From assembly GCF_006345805.1 (NCBI RefSeq), contig NC_043001.1, positions 8,556,001-8,620,000 of the forward strand: a DNA stretch of 64,000 nt, read 5' to 3'. This document shows positions 41,791-55,609 of the stretch, piece by piece. Positions within the stretch are counted from its first letter, which is position 1. Each line of letters opens with the position of its first letter. The notes under the pieces were generated by a model. The model searched no databases, was not told the origin of the DNA, and saw only the letters and a program-made list of their open reading frames with translations. The translations under genes and the position numbers were made by a program. The stretch is from Octopus sinensis. Taxonomy: Eukaryota.

Positions 41791-42476
41791 TACATACTTT
41801 TATTTTTATATATTCAAAAATCTTTTATTAAAAAATCTTAGGGTTGCAAAAATATTTATACAGATATTCTTTGTTGCCAGTGGTCTAGCTAGAAGGAAAA
41901 ATTTAGTCAATAGAATATACATTATTCAGAGAAGAATACAGTATACATTCAAACACATAAGAGATAACCAACTAATAGGATATCTGACTCACTAGAAAGA
42001 GCAGTTAAAACTCCAAGCCACTAATTGTTCAATTCTGAAAGGGAATGAAAGATAAAAGTAAATAAAATTGCCGAATAAAATAAAAAGTAAATAAATTGCC
42101 GATTTTCTTTCAAAATTAACAAAGAATCTTTTATCATTAATTTACCTCGGATAGTCCCGCATTTGCGCAGTGGATTCGAAAAATTATAACATATAGACAC
42201 GTGGCATGTTACTTGTCGCCTCGTATCTATATGTTCGATCCCTAGCATTCTACTGACGAAACAGCGCCAGATATAAATTGGAATTATTTTATTTTAATTT
42301 ATATAAGATTGCAGAAACTATGCATAGTCTGGGAAAAATATGTGTTAAATGTTTTTATTTTTCATTCCCTTTCAGAATTGCAACTATTAGTGGCTTGGAG
42401 ATTTAACTGTTCTTTCTAGTGAGTCACATATCTTATTATTGGTTATCTCTTATGTGTTTGAATGTACACTGTATTC

Positions 42477-42563
<87 letters not shown>

Positions 42564-44129
42564 AAGGTGAGATATATCAGGCATAGTGATAATGAGCAAT
42601 CCTTCCCTTCCCTATAGAAAAACGTTTGCTCTTTATTGCCCAAAATGTCGCCAAACGGAATGTACTAGGCGTAGCAAATCGCAATTCAAGGGTTCGGCTT
42701 GAGAGTACCCGGGTTTATCCCACAATAAGCCTTAATAAGCCTTGTGTCATAAAGTGTATAGAAAATGTACCTTAGGTGATCTTACCCGTGAATATCGCAG
42801 TACGATTAACATTTTGCAGCAAGTTGTTAATCAGAAATTGACAAGTACCATGATTTCGTCGAAATATAACACTGGTGAAATATAGAATGTTTATGTCAAA
42901 CCTAAACTTACAAGGCACAAGTTATCGCCAACTAAATATCCAGTTACAACTACCATCCCAGTTTTCCCCGCAGTAAAACTTTTGATGTGCATTCGATGGC
43001 ATACATTTGGTATTTCTCACTTCTGATGTTGGAACAATGGAAAAAAAAAAACTGTTGAACAATTTTTGTCAACGGTTTGAACTAGTTAATCATATTTTGA
43101 TCAAAAAGTAACCGGTCCTAGTGTAATCCACTAATGAACATGATAATGCAGATCCACATTTAGCGAAGATAACCAAATTAAAGATGATTTCATTCGGGTT
43201 GTACACTTCACCTCAGCCTCTCTACTTACCAAACTTTGCACTTTCATATTTTTTATTAACCAGGTCACTCGAACACATTATTAGTTCAAAAACAGCCTGA
43301 AGCAGAGGCAATATCAAAACAGTACTCGGAAGATTTTCCATCCGAAAAGCCGTTCCTTTTCCCCGAGGAAACGTTGCTTTTTTGTGTCATGGCGATAATA
43401 TTTTTAAGGAATTAATGTAGTGACGATAAAGTTTATGTTGATTCGAAAACATTTCGAGAAACGTAGAATCATATTTTTTAACCCTTATTTGGGATGAGAT
43501 GTCCAACAGCACGAACAATTTCATAATATTTGTCTACTATTTTTAGATCAATCCCAATGATATTCATAAGATCAGTAACAATTGAAACATGCAATCAGAA
43601 TGAGTTTACTAAGGAACGGCAAACCTAGGGAGAAATGATTCAGATATCTGTTGAAAGAAGCGTACATAAATGGTTAAACTGTTAATATTGCCATAACGAA
43701 ATAATATACATAAGTAATCCATTAAATCACAAAGAGTGGGGAAATAGGAAATTATTTATTGGAAGATAGCGTATGAGGGTATATAATAATGAGGGGAAAA
43801 AACCTACCTATAAGTAATGAAATATGTTATTTAGGACAAAGTATATATCAGTAATGGAAAGCGATGACTCACATTAGCTCAATATATATTTGAAAATGAT
43901 TTTATATGTATGTGCTATGTGCTAAATATTATATGAAGATTATCATATTTTACGTAATATGTGAAGGTGTGCGCCTTGACTCATTCACCTGTACACTATT
44001 TGATTTCGTATAGTGAAAGCACATAGCTAATATATGAAATAATGATACTGTATACCTAAAATATGTTTACTTTTTAAAGAAGAAAAACTACTTGATTAAA
44101 TGATTAACGGTTTATTTTGCTAATTACAG

Positions 44130-44700
44130 TAGAATGTTATCTGCAGACCATTCAAGCCACAATGCTTATGATGCAGTATTCTCCTACATCATATTTGTTT
44201 TTTTTTCAAAACTCCTTGATTGTTTTATAGTAATATATTATAACATTTAATAGTAGCATATATTTTTATCAACCCCCAATATCTAGAGCTCTGTTAATAA
44301 GATCAGATTCAATTCAACCAGTGTTAAAGTTGTATTTTCAGCATGTGTCGTGTATAAGTCCATCTTTCGAATTTTTTTCAATATGAAATGTTTGACTTGC
44401 TTGAAAAGAATATACTGGAGAACATTGTAAGAATGCTTTAGTGCAGATTCAAAAATTCAAATAATGATGATTTCAAATTAAATTTTTATCCATCAGTGAT
44501 TAATGAAATATAATTCCAGCAAATGTGATGATTTCATCCAAATATACCCATATATCATCCATGTGTATATTCTGCTGTATATCAGTGTAAGAGATATAGT
44601 TATCGTCATGCTCCAATGAATCGATTCTTCTATTAGATGTTTAGGAATCATTACGTAGTGTGGATACCCTGCAGCAGTTGACTTGGTCATAGGAAGCATA
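44130..44700 (-). mobile_element. Possible piggyBac-like transposase remnant
   Basis: A minus-strand frame with stops reads IWVYLDEIITFAGIIFH*SLMDK, resembling the piggyBac W...DEM..F.GI.I.MG motif. The similarity is weak. Confidence 0.3.
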
Positions 44701-45029
44701 CACCAGGTATCGGTTAATTACGTTTACTTAAGGCTGGTAAATCAGTTGTTAGGGGTTATCTCAGATTTATCGAATGGAACAAATACGTTCATCAAAATTG
44801 TGTGGGTTAAATAACTAGAAATGTTAATTTGGCACAACTATAATTCAATATTAAGTTATCATTATGTACTGACTTCAGATTTTACACAAGTAAGCATTTT
44901 TTTTCGCCCATCCAGGGTATAAGACATAATATATAAAGCAGACGTCAAGTAATGAAGAGGATTTAACCAACTAATATGTTCCGTTTCAATTTGTAGTGAT
45001 AGTGGTTTCAAATTTTGACACAAGACCAG

Positions 45030-45215
45030 CAACTCTGGGACAGTGGGTAACTCGATTACATCGACACCAGTTCAAAACTAGTACTTATTTTGTCGACCCC
45101 GAAAGGATGAAAAGTAAAGTCGACCATGTGAAATTTGAACTCAGAAATTAAAGACGGACGAAAGGCTGCTATGCATTTTGCCCGGCGTGCTACCGATTCT
45201 GCCAACACGTTGCCT
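45030..45215 (-). mobile_element. SINE family A
   Basis: Revcomp of the head and Nin-like core (CGACCCCGAAAGGATGAAAAGTAAAGTCGAC). Confidence 0.8.
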
Positions 45216-45429
45216 TGAGTTTGTAGCAATATTACAAACAATTAATGCTGTTTTCAAAAATGAACTGAAAGAAAATAAAGAAGATACACAATTGAATTGC
45301 GGTTGGATTCAAAATATACAGTTTAACATGATTTTTGTGCTTGGGTTGCAATTGTTGTTTTCTATTTCCTCATCGCTACAACGTTTGAAGAACGGCAAAT
45401 ATTCCCTCAAAGTTTGCATTTGTTACATA

Positions 45430-46095
45430 TACTCAAACCCCAAAGAATCCCTTTCAACACATTGCGATGATATTGCCCAGCTACTTCTGTTCTTGATCAC
45501 AAACGCACATATTTTCAGCCACGGAGAAAGATATGATGTTGAGAATCCAAGCATTGGAACAGATATTGCGATCAACGAAAACATCAATACAAACAACAAC
45601 AGAAATAACTTTTGGAAAACAATCAAATCAGCAGTAGTTATGATAGAAGGAACAAAAGCGGGAGTAACATTGACATAGGCACTATATACAACAACCACAG
45701 CAGCAGCAGCAGTAGCAGCAAGTGGGGCGCAATGGCCCGGTGGTTAGGGCAGCGGACTCGCGGTCGGAGGATTGCGGTTTCGATTCCCAGACCGGGCGTT
45801 GTGTATGTTTATTGAGCGAAAACAACTAAAGCTCCACGAGGCTCCGGCAGGGGTGGTGGCGACCCCTGTTGTATTCTTTCGCTCCAACTTCCTCTCACTC
45901 TTTCTTCCTGTTTCTTGTCCCCGACATCCTACGCAACCGCTGAGCCTGGATGCGCATTCATCCATCCGTCGATGCTCTCGGTGTGGGGGGTTGACTTGCT
46001 TCCCCTTCTGCGGGTCTTACGAATAGCAAAGACCACATTTCGGACTTCTCCCATCTTGCGAGCTCTGGGACGAAGACCGTTCGCTCATCATCAAT

Positions 46096-46133
<38 letters not shown>

Positions 46134-46372
46134 ATGAAATAACGACATGAAAGGCAATGAACAGAGCAATAGCAGCGATATCAGCGGGCTCTGTAGCAAA
46201 AGAATTAACAACACTACCAATACAACGAATAGCAAATCATCTGTCGCTAAAATTGTGTCCATAAAAAGTATATATTCTTGACCGACAAGTGGCCAACAAT
46301 CAGGAAACAAAACGATGGACACAGAGAAGGGAAATTGATAAACCAGGTTGCTTACAGGAATACCATTAAGGT
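45430..46372 (+). pseudogene. Possible decayed N/S-rich coding segment interrupted by a SINE
   Basis: One frame continues across the SINE (ENNQISSSYDRRNKSGSNIDIGTIYNNHSSSS / SSSSK*NNDMKGNEQSNSSDISG...) and ends at AG|GTAGGT. It has several stops and no recognised domain. Confidence 0.25.
45724..46092 (+). mobile_element. SINE with family B head and a third tail type, inserted in (AGC)n
   Basis: The first ~180 nt are collinear with 20083, then the sequence is unrelated and ends CTCATCATCA. AGC repeats lie on both sides. Confidence 0.8.
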
Positions 46373-47662
46373 AGGTGACTGCTTTTTCTTCCCTTCTTCC
46401 TTATCAACATAGCAATATTTATAGTCGATAGCATAGATGCAAGTTTCTTAGCGATATTTATGAAGCAGGACAGCTTGCTCTGTAACATTACATGCTATAG
46501 ATATAGTAGCCCCTTTTCGGTGAGGGAAAGCCTTGCATCTCTGAGCTGTGGTTGAAGGAATAGTGGTATTGAAATGTTGTTTCGGAAGAGCCTGGATCGC
46601 GAGACATGAGCGGACCTCCTCTTCCTCAAGAGAAACTGACACGAAATACAAAGACTATCTACTTTGCCAGCTGTGTATCTCTAGTCTTCGCTACAATCTC
46701 CGCTGCTACAGACAACGATAGGAGTAAACACAACAGAATAGCAATTTTTACTATTTCCTAACTTATTCGAAATCTTCTCGTTTTTAATCCATCGATGTCC
46801 TAGTTTTTAAAACCTCTGTGTTTTTTCTTTTTATTTTTCACTTCGGCCTTATGTAGGCTGCATGCTTGTTTATATTGAAAGGAGATCATTATTGATCGAC
46901 TAACATATACTGAGATGAGCCTCAAGACACTTGAAGATTTATTCAAAATCCCTCAAAGTGGTAAATTAAAAGTAATTGAACCATTTGAATTTAAATGTAG
47001 AGAGGTCGTTAGTGTTGTTAACAATATCAATTTTCTCATATTTATTTATACTTCATGTTCATATTGAAGAACCATTAAAATACAGAATGCATCTTGAAAA
47101 AATCGAGTAGGAGCGTAATATTATGTAACTGCTTAAGGTTTCAAAATAAAGTACTTTTATGGGCATCCAATAAAATATGAGAATATTCTCATAAATATGT
47201 AGATGGAAACATATGAAATATTTCAAGTAGATCATCCTTGTATGATGTCATTGTAAATGGGACAACGTAGTAATAAAACGACACGTTTTTCTTTTTACAA
47301 AAATATAAAGCAATTTCAATTATTTTTACTGGTGGCGTTTAAAAGTCGATATTTATACTGAAAATATCTGCAACATAATCTAAAGACAATTAGATATATA
47401 AAGATCTTTCGATGTATATCCTAGAGAAAGGTAACCGTCTTAGTATATCTTGATACACCCAGGCTACAATTTGCGAACTTAAACATATTACATATAAAAC
47501 GCATAGCTTCACTGTGAATATGGTTAATTGAAACAAGGAATATACTTAAAACCCTGGGAATTAACGTAGACATAATGGATGGATGGATGGATGGCCAGAT
47601 GGATAGATAGATAAATAAATAGATAGATAGATAGGTAGAAGGATGGATGGATGCATAAATGA

Positions 47663-47751
<89 letters not shown>

Positions 47752-47753
47752 CA

Positions 47754-47951
47754 TGTGTCTTTATTAGCCACACAGGGCTGAACACAAAGCGGGCAAATTA
47801 CAAAGTAGAGCTTTTCTTTTTGAGGAGAACAAAAAAAGGAAAAGAAAAGGAAAAGTTAAAAAAGAACAAGGTGAATAGGTTTTTGATCAAAAGGGATCGT
47901 AAAAAGAGGGGGAAAAATGATCAATAGGGATCTTGCGATGATGTAAAGTGT

Positions 47952-47954
<3 letters not shown>
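47754..47954 (-). mobile_element. Tx1-like LINE copy 3 (3'UTR only) inside (GATA)n
   Basis: TCTTTATTAGCCACACAGGGCTG...GATCAAAAGGGATCGT...GATCAATAGGGATC, as in copies 1 and 2. (GATA)n lies at 47575-47753 and 47955-48006. Confidence 0.88.
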
Positions 47955-48005
<51 letters not shown>

Positions 48006-48007
<2 letters not shown>

Positions 48008-48165
48008 GTAAGTAGGTAGGTAGGCAGGTAGCTAGGTAGGTAGGTAGGTAGGTATGTAGGTAGGTATGTAGGTAGGGAGGTAGGTATGTAGGTAGGGAGG
48101 TAGATAGGTAGGTAGGTAGGTAAGTAGGTAGGTAGGTAGGTAGGTAGGTAGGTAGGTAGGTAGAT
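48006..48165. repeat. (GGTA)n microsatellite
   Basis: Imperfect tandem tetramers. Confidence 0.9.
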
Positions 48166-48509
48166 CGGTCGGTCTTACTGCAAGAAATATTATAATAAGA
48201 GAGATTGTCATATTTTAGTCCTGAGATACAAGACATTCATATTTTTACACTCACGTGAAATATGCCGTTTAATCCTAACATGTATTCGCTAGAATCTAAT
48301 GAAAAATCTTACGTAAAACATTCAACATTTAATGTGTATCTGCTAATAGATTCCAAATAAGTTGCTATGCAAATCTCTCATTAAAAGCTATGTACATTAA
48401 GTACAATAGATATTTTTCTTATGAAATGCATCATATTTTCATATTTCAAATTCACGAATCTGAAGTAATTTTAACTTACATTAAATATGTAAACTGATGT
48501 GGATAGAAT

Positions 48510-48732
48510 ATATATTTCTTTACTATTCACAAGGGGCTGCACACAGAGGGGACAAACAAGGACAGACAAACGGATTAAGTCGATTATATCGACACCAGTG
48601 CGTAACTGGTACTTAATTTATTTACCCCGAAAGGATGAAAGGCAAAGTCGACTTCGGCAGAATTTGAACTCAGAACGTAACGGCAGACAAAATACGGCTA
48701 CGCATTTCGCCCGGCATGCCAGCTCGCCGCAT
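48510..48732 (-). mobile_element. SINE family A, near full length, with Tx1-like tail
   Basis: Revcomp GCGGCGAGCTGGCA...CCTTGTTTGTCCCCTCTGTGTGCAGCCCCTTGTGAATAGTAAAGAAATA. Confidence 0.88.
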
Positions 48733-48827
48733 TCATGTGGATGGAATATATTTGACCACTTCGTAGATCTTCTACACTGCATCAACATATTGTGGTACGG
48801 TAATTTATGTTCCATAATAATAATAAT

Positions 48828-48863
<36 letters not shown>

Positions 48864-48892
48864 AATAATAATAATAATAATAATAACAACAA

Positions 48893-48966
48893 ATCACAGC
48901 ACATACCCAAGGCACACAGAGCTGCGCTCGGTAGTGAAGTGAAAGCACGCTATAAAAATAAAACTA

Positions 48967-48970
<4 letters not shown>
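48893..48970 (+). mobile_element. Short insertion inside an (AAT)n array; candidate 3' end of a TAA-targeting non-LTR element
   Basis: About 78 nt of unique sequence with an AATAAA, lying between (AAT/AAC)n at 48812-48892 and (AAT)n at 48970-49048. There is no coding evidence. Confidence 0.35.
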
Positions 48971-49049
<79 letters not shown>

Positions 49050-51349
49050 CTTATTTCACATGACATAAAGTGGAGATTACTCGGGTTTTGAAGAATACCA
49101 TCTCCGTGACCAAAATCCACAATGAGATGTTCACACACTTTTTACATGACGTGACAATTTCAGCAACCTTTGTCCAATTGGCTCCTTAGTTTTTACGATT
49201 CATTATATAAGCTTCACAGCCCACTAATTACAGGTATGATTTAACTGGAAATTACCACAATAATTGCGCACTGACCTATTATTGCAATTACTGCTGAGCA
49301 TATTATCTTCATTGAATAGTCTGAAAACCAGGATATAGAAAGGGATATGATATTGTCTGAAAGAAGATTCCACAGAAAGTTGTCTGCTCCTAACCCTGTT
49401 TAAACGCAGAAGAATGTGGTTGACTAATATTTTCATATTACCGCTTTCTTTATAATAATTTTCCATTATTTCACTATGATTTTATCAATATTTCTGTTTG
49501 CTGTAGTGAAAATTGTGACAAAAACGATTCAAGACATCTGTCAATATAATTTGGAACTAAGATTTGTCTAAAAGATTTGGATGTATTTCATGGCGAACAC
49601 GAAATAAAATGTATATTCGCAACAAAGATTACTCTTAGATAATTTCAATATATAATTCTCAAATCAAGACGCATCTGGGACAAACTTACAAAAAGAAGCA
49701 CCGTTATCAATTCGGGATTTTCCGAAATGCTAATGCTTTTCATTGATTTCTTTGGATATTTTTCAAAAATGTCTTCAATATATTTTAAATGAAGTCATAG
49801 ATTAATTGACAGATTGTCACGTATTGAAAAAACAAATATCTCGTTTCCGATTGTAACAACACGTAATTCTTAATCAAATAACATTTGAATTATTTTGTCA
49901 CACGCTTTTTATTAATAATGATCAACTTAAATTCAGTTTAAATTTTGGGTAGGAAGAATTTGGTTTCTTAAAGTTTAAAACTTTGAGTCATAAGTATTTA
50001 TAGCTATGTATGCGCAATATTTGAATATTACATTCGATACAGTAATACTAAGGACATTGTTATTCTATTGCAAAGGTGTAGAGAAACGTACAATGTAGAA
50101 GTATTAATAAAAATTAGAATTTTGCAATATATACATATACATACATACACACACACATACACATATATACATATATATATATATATATATTTAAGTAGAT
50201 GAATGAATTATTCTATTATGGATAATTCTGTTAATCGATACCTGGGTAGCAAATTCACTTCAGTAAAACACGGTTGAAGTTACATGCCAAGGGCTGAACC
50301 CCGTGTTCGTGTGTGGAAATTTGTGTTTTTTTATACGAATAAATGAAAAGAATGGAGTTGAACGAAGATTTGTTCGCATTTATATTCATGGAAATCGGCA
50401 CATTCGCCATGTCACGGAGAGCTGTGTTCCAGAACTCGTGCTTCAACGATGAAATGAATGTGTACATGACCTTATATATACAAACACTTGGTATGTAGAA
50501 GAGTCTGACACATTTTGTGAGAGCAAACCTAAAGGAAATTACATTTTCAAAATAAATTTTTACAATTCATTTCGACATCAATGGTGTTGGAGTCAATGAA
50601 TAAACCACAGTGCCGAAGTATATATTTCCCGATATTTAATAAGCTACCTCGCAGGTTTATATTCCAAATTACGCTATTGTAGATTTTACGTTTTGTCGTT
50701 ATGGGGTCAATAATACAAATTCTAAGAAGCTAATTCAATAGATAGTGTGCATTACATTTATCATGCGCCTAAGTACTAAATCATTATTATTTTATCAATA
50801 CATCTATAATTTTCTATCTTCTCCCTGAATATTAGATATCGAGTGATTGAATATTCCTTCGCTCTATGCTATGTTATTTTCATAGAATATCGGCTCCTAC
50901 CCAAAAAGCAAACATAATTCATCAAAAACAGTCAATGATGAGCATTTGCGTTATCGCAAAAAGTCAAGAGCAAAATATTTTGTTAAAGGTTACGACGAAA
51001 TCATTGAAAAACACATTCACAGGAATAACATTTATTTCTATTAATAAAAATCAATAATGAACTTCTATTGAGTTCTTCATATATATTGATGCCTCAAAAA
51101 TAATTTTTTTCCTGCAGTCTTCTTTTCTATCTGAGACACAGCAAATATTTCTGTATGTCACATTTGAAATTCAAAACAAATCATTACCAGCCGTGAACAA
51201 CCAGAAGGCAACAGGAATAAACTTTAGGGAAATGACAACTCCATTACGTATTTCAGATAAATATTTGCATATTTCTTATGAAAGAATCATGATTAATATT
51301 ATCCAATAAATCAGATCATACAATACATATATATGATATAAAACTTAGA

Positions 51350-52760
51350 ATTTGTTTTTCCCAGGCCGTCTATTTCCTCCCCGGTATCCAGAAACCAAAA
51401 GACTCTGGCCATCTCATTGACCCTGACTTTAACCCGCACCCCACCGAACAATCTCAACGGATTCCTTTCTTCTCTCTAAGCCCGTAGTTCTAATTGCCTT
51501 TCTCACCATTCAAACCATCAACAGAGATCCTACTCTCCCCCACTCCATTCCCTTGCCAAATAATTACGCCTACATACACCACGGTCAACGCACCTGACTC
51601 CTACACCTACAATTTGCCCTCAATGTAACAACGCGTTTTACACTAACACATACGCACGTCGTTCAACCTTACACGCACACATATACCTTATCACAATGAC
51701 TACATATGCTACGTATCTACTCACTGTTTAAATGCCCACACAAATATACTTACATACACATATACATACACTCGCATACACGTATTTCTTCCTAGCTTGA
51801 ATATTATTATCAGCAACAGTCAAACTTTGCCATTGATGCTATCCAGCTTACATATACGTGGAGACAAATAAGAACACGTATATGTTTCTCTCGACACCAA
51901 TGTCAAACTAGGACAAACATTTAAGCTCTCATCTCCTTTTCTTTCCTTGCTCTTCTCTCTATCAAGCTTCTTCCTTCACCATGTGTCTTTCTTGTAGTTT
52001 TATCCATCGTTTTCGCCTCTATAAATTACCTCTGGATTTTTCCTAATTCCCCCTCTTAGAACACATTACCACCACGTAAACGTCTACATGTTCTACAATA
52101 TTGCTTTCCTATTCATACTTTATACTTATCTAGTATTTATGGGCTCTTAACCCATGCATCTTTATTTTACCTATAGGAATTTTTCCCCCACATACTTTTA
52201 GCATTTAACAGGAATATGGTTCTTTCTTCTGTTTACACATACATCACTTACTCTTTCCATCACAGTTTTACTTCGTTTAGATATTGGACTTGCTACACAT
52301 AACTTTCACAGAATATTCATCGCTATAATTCTAAGTTTTTATTATTACAATTTATATAATTTTCCGGTGCTTTTTCTTAGGTAACTCATTGCCAATGCTT
52401 TCCTTTTCCTCTGACACTTGAACCTAACACCTCCTCTTTACAACATAATTACACCTACATATAATGGGTCTATACACTGATATTCTCATAACCTTATAAT
52501 TCATACTTCTACACTCTCACACATACCGCTAAAACGCGTTTTCGTATATCTAAATCTATAAACATACCCTCCTATATGAGCACACAATACCCACCCTTTT
52601 TCTTTCCTATTTTTCTCATACAATTGCATTCACGCCTGGACCCTAGTCCCTTCACATTTTCTCCATCCCCCCGCCAGATTTCGTCACTCATTCTTTTCAG
52701 ATTTTACTTCATTTTTTGTTTCTGAAAAATGAAAGGCGCACGAATAGTCAAGACTATTTC
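51350..52760 (+). mobile_element. Degenerate Penelope-like 3' region
   Basis: LIAFLTIQTINRDP resembles PLE ORF ends and is followed by a long T/C-rich tract. The support is weak. Confidence 0.3.
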
Positions 52761-53555
52761 TTTTCCTTTATACCAGCAAAAGATATGTTAAAATTGTCCC
52801 TCGCTTCCTACTGTTTTTCAATTTCTATTTTATGTTTGTGTGTGAATGAATGAATGCCAGTGTTTTAGCATTTATGAGTGAGTTCGTGTCTGTAGGTTTG
52901 TAAACTGATGTATCAATATTGTGGAATATGCTCAACACCTATAACAGAGAACGATATATATGTGTGTGTTTCTGTGTGTGTGTGTGTGTGTGTGTAAATT
53001 GTACTGTAGATTTCAAAAATATATCGAACGCATTTAAATCCATTTACTAACATTAAATATAAAAGTTTGACTGCTTTAGACTCATACATACATAATTTAA
53101 GGAGTAGTAACATCGATTATCTAAATTCTTGGTCTATAATAGCAACTGCCCTCCCCTAAAATGATATAATTTATGCATTAGGGAATCGCACATTATCCTT
53201 TGATCATACAGTTCAGACGCATTAAATAATTTCTCTGATACCATAAATAAATTCTCGGATAACACTGTACTCAAAAATTTCACTTATCCTTCATGAAGCT
53301 GCTGACGACGTGATATAGGGAATTAGTAATTATTTATTCAAATAAATTTTTTAACTTTTATTCTCATCATGCCTAACCCCCAAAAAGTAAAAAAATAATG
53401 TCGGTGTCCTACCATCTTACAGTAAATCTTTCTATACATATATAAGCGTGAATCATTGGAAAAGTGGTCGGTATCTAATACAGTAGCTGACAACCTGCAT
53501 AATTTTACCTTAAATTTGACTTTGTGTTATTCTTCGAACCTTACTATCTATTTCC

Positions 53556-53646
53556 TTATTTCCTGATGAAGGTGACATTATCAGTGTGAAACTAAAGGAT
53601 TCATACCTTGTAGACAAATGGACCTCAGAAACGGCCGTCAAAATAC
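53556..53646 (+). ncRNA. Type I hammerhead ribozyme-like motif with palindromic stem III
   Basis: TATTTC-CTGATGA-AGGT...ACCT-CA-GAAA-CGGCCGTC-AAAATA: cores at 53563 and 53628, ACGGCCGT palindrome, GUC cleavage triplet, 5-bp stem I. Confidence 0.5.
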
Positions 53647-53851
53647 ATCTTTTATGGTGCTATAACCGTCTATAATCATTTCTTTAAAACTCTTAAATTT
53701 ATCCTTTTTATTTCTCTGACTATTAAATCTATCATTGAGATTTCTCACTGCCCCCGATGTATGTAACAAGTTTTCATCCTTAATTGAACATTTTTAATAT
53801 TCAATTTCATATGATTTTTAATTCAGGATTAAATCTAATTTCACAGTATAA

Positions 53852-54374
53852 ATATAAATTAAATTAGAGATAAAACCACTATTAGGCAAATGAAGCAGTG
53901 AAAAACATAGACCAAAACATAAAAATAAGAATAATTAATATAATATACAAATAATATAAAATATAAAATTTTAAAATTTAAGTTATTTAAATCTAAAATT
54001 AAAATTATTAATTTATATTTATATTTATAATTTTTTTATTACTTATTTATTAAATATATATAACTATCAAAAAGTATAAAAAATTTAAATATAAGATAAA
54101 AAGTAAAACCACTTTTTACCTCATATTTAACTTTTTAATACTATTTGAGAGTTATATATATTTAATAAATAAAAAATAAATAAAAAAATTAAAAAATATA
54201 AATATAATTATAAATTAATAATTTAAATTTTAAATTTTAATAATTTTAATTTTCAAATTTTATATTTTATATATTTTGTATATTATATTAATTATTTTTA
54301 TTTTTATGTTTTGGTCTATGTTTTTCACTGTTTGACATGCCTAATAGTGGTTTTATCTCTAATTTAATTTATAT
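53852..54374. repeat. ~520-bp AT-rich imperfect palindrome of the hairpin repeat family
   Basis: Arms of ~250 bp are reverse-complementary around a 6-nt loop AAAACC (54105-54110). The outer ends carry AAATTAGAGATAAAACCACTATTAGGCA. Confidence 0.85.
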
Positions 54375-54403
54375 ATGTACATATATATAATTAACTATAC
54401 AAG

Positions 54404-54449
<46 letters not shown>

Positions 54450-54498
54450 ATATATATTTAACTATATATGTATATGTACATACATATATAAATATATT

Positions 54499-54542
<44 letters not shown>

Positions 54543-54584
54543 CATATATATATATAAATGTATGTATATCTATACATATATACA

Positions 54585-54628
<44 letters not shown>

Positions 54629-54679
54629 TACATCTAAAAGCGATTAGTAGAGATGTATTCCTGGTTCAAAGCATTGTAA

Positions 54680-54738
<59 letters not shown>

Positions 54739-55609
54739 CAATAATAATAATAATAATACAACTAATATCTAGAACTGATACCACAAAGTGTAATGAAGAA
54801 AACTTATGGACCTATGCTGTCCCCATAATGTGATTTTAGGGATCTTTACCTGATCATATCTGAAACCATGCTATATGCCGCTATTGAGTCGATGAACCGT
54901 ACACAATCCTCAAAATGATGTACGTTTTGTATAGAACTCATTTCTTCTATCAATATTGTACGTGAATATACATAAATAACAACAGGCATTTCCCTGCTAA
55001 TGCGGGCTCTAAATATTCGGCAGATAAAATCGATGTGAAATGATTATATGTTCTGAGAGTGCTACTAAGGAATACCCTATATGTCTGGCAGAATATGAAC
55101 GGCTAATGGCTTGCTAACATTTAGGAAGACAAATCGGTTGCTAAAGAATGTTCACGAAAAATCTCGACGGTGACTTCATTATTTAAGTACAGCATTCACT
55201 GACGAGATCAACTTGAACATCTACTACCTCCTTTTTTATTAAGCATTTTACATTTACTTATTTTCTTCAATTTACTTTGCAAGAATTGTGACTGAAATCA
55301 CGTATCCAGACAAATATTCTCATATTTTGTGTGAGTAGCTGTGAATATAACACAGCATATGTTGGTTCTAAAGTTTGTTTTCGATTACATTATTAGAAAT
55401 TATGAGATTTTCTTTCATGTTGCTGAGGATTTCTAAAGATTTCCATGCATCAAGTACGTTTTCAATGTAAATTTATTTCCTTTGTGTAATGTGTGTGTGT
55501 GTGTTTGAATGTGTGAGTGTGTGTGTGTGTGTGTGAATAGTTATAAGCAAATTAGCTAGAAAGGAAATCTAGATAAGAAAGGAAAGCAATAACTATACTG
55601 AGAAGAAAC

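Noticed and set aside
46017-46322. Hydrophobic minus-strand ORF resembling ligand-gated channel or GPCR transmembrane segments (PLVGQEYILF...)
   Set aside because: It is best explained as the antisense of an AAC/AGC/ACA-rich plus strand. No Cys-loop or 7TM motif order is present, and it runs into a SINE.
46670-46760. Signal-peptide-like VKIAILLCLLLSLSVAA on the minus strand
   Set aside because: There is no ATG and a stop follows after ~30 codons. No downstream homology is recognisable.
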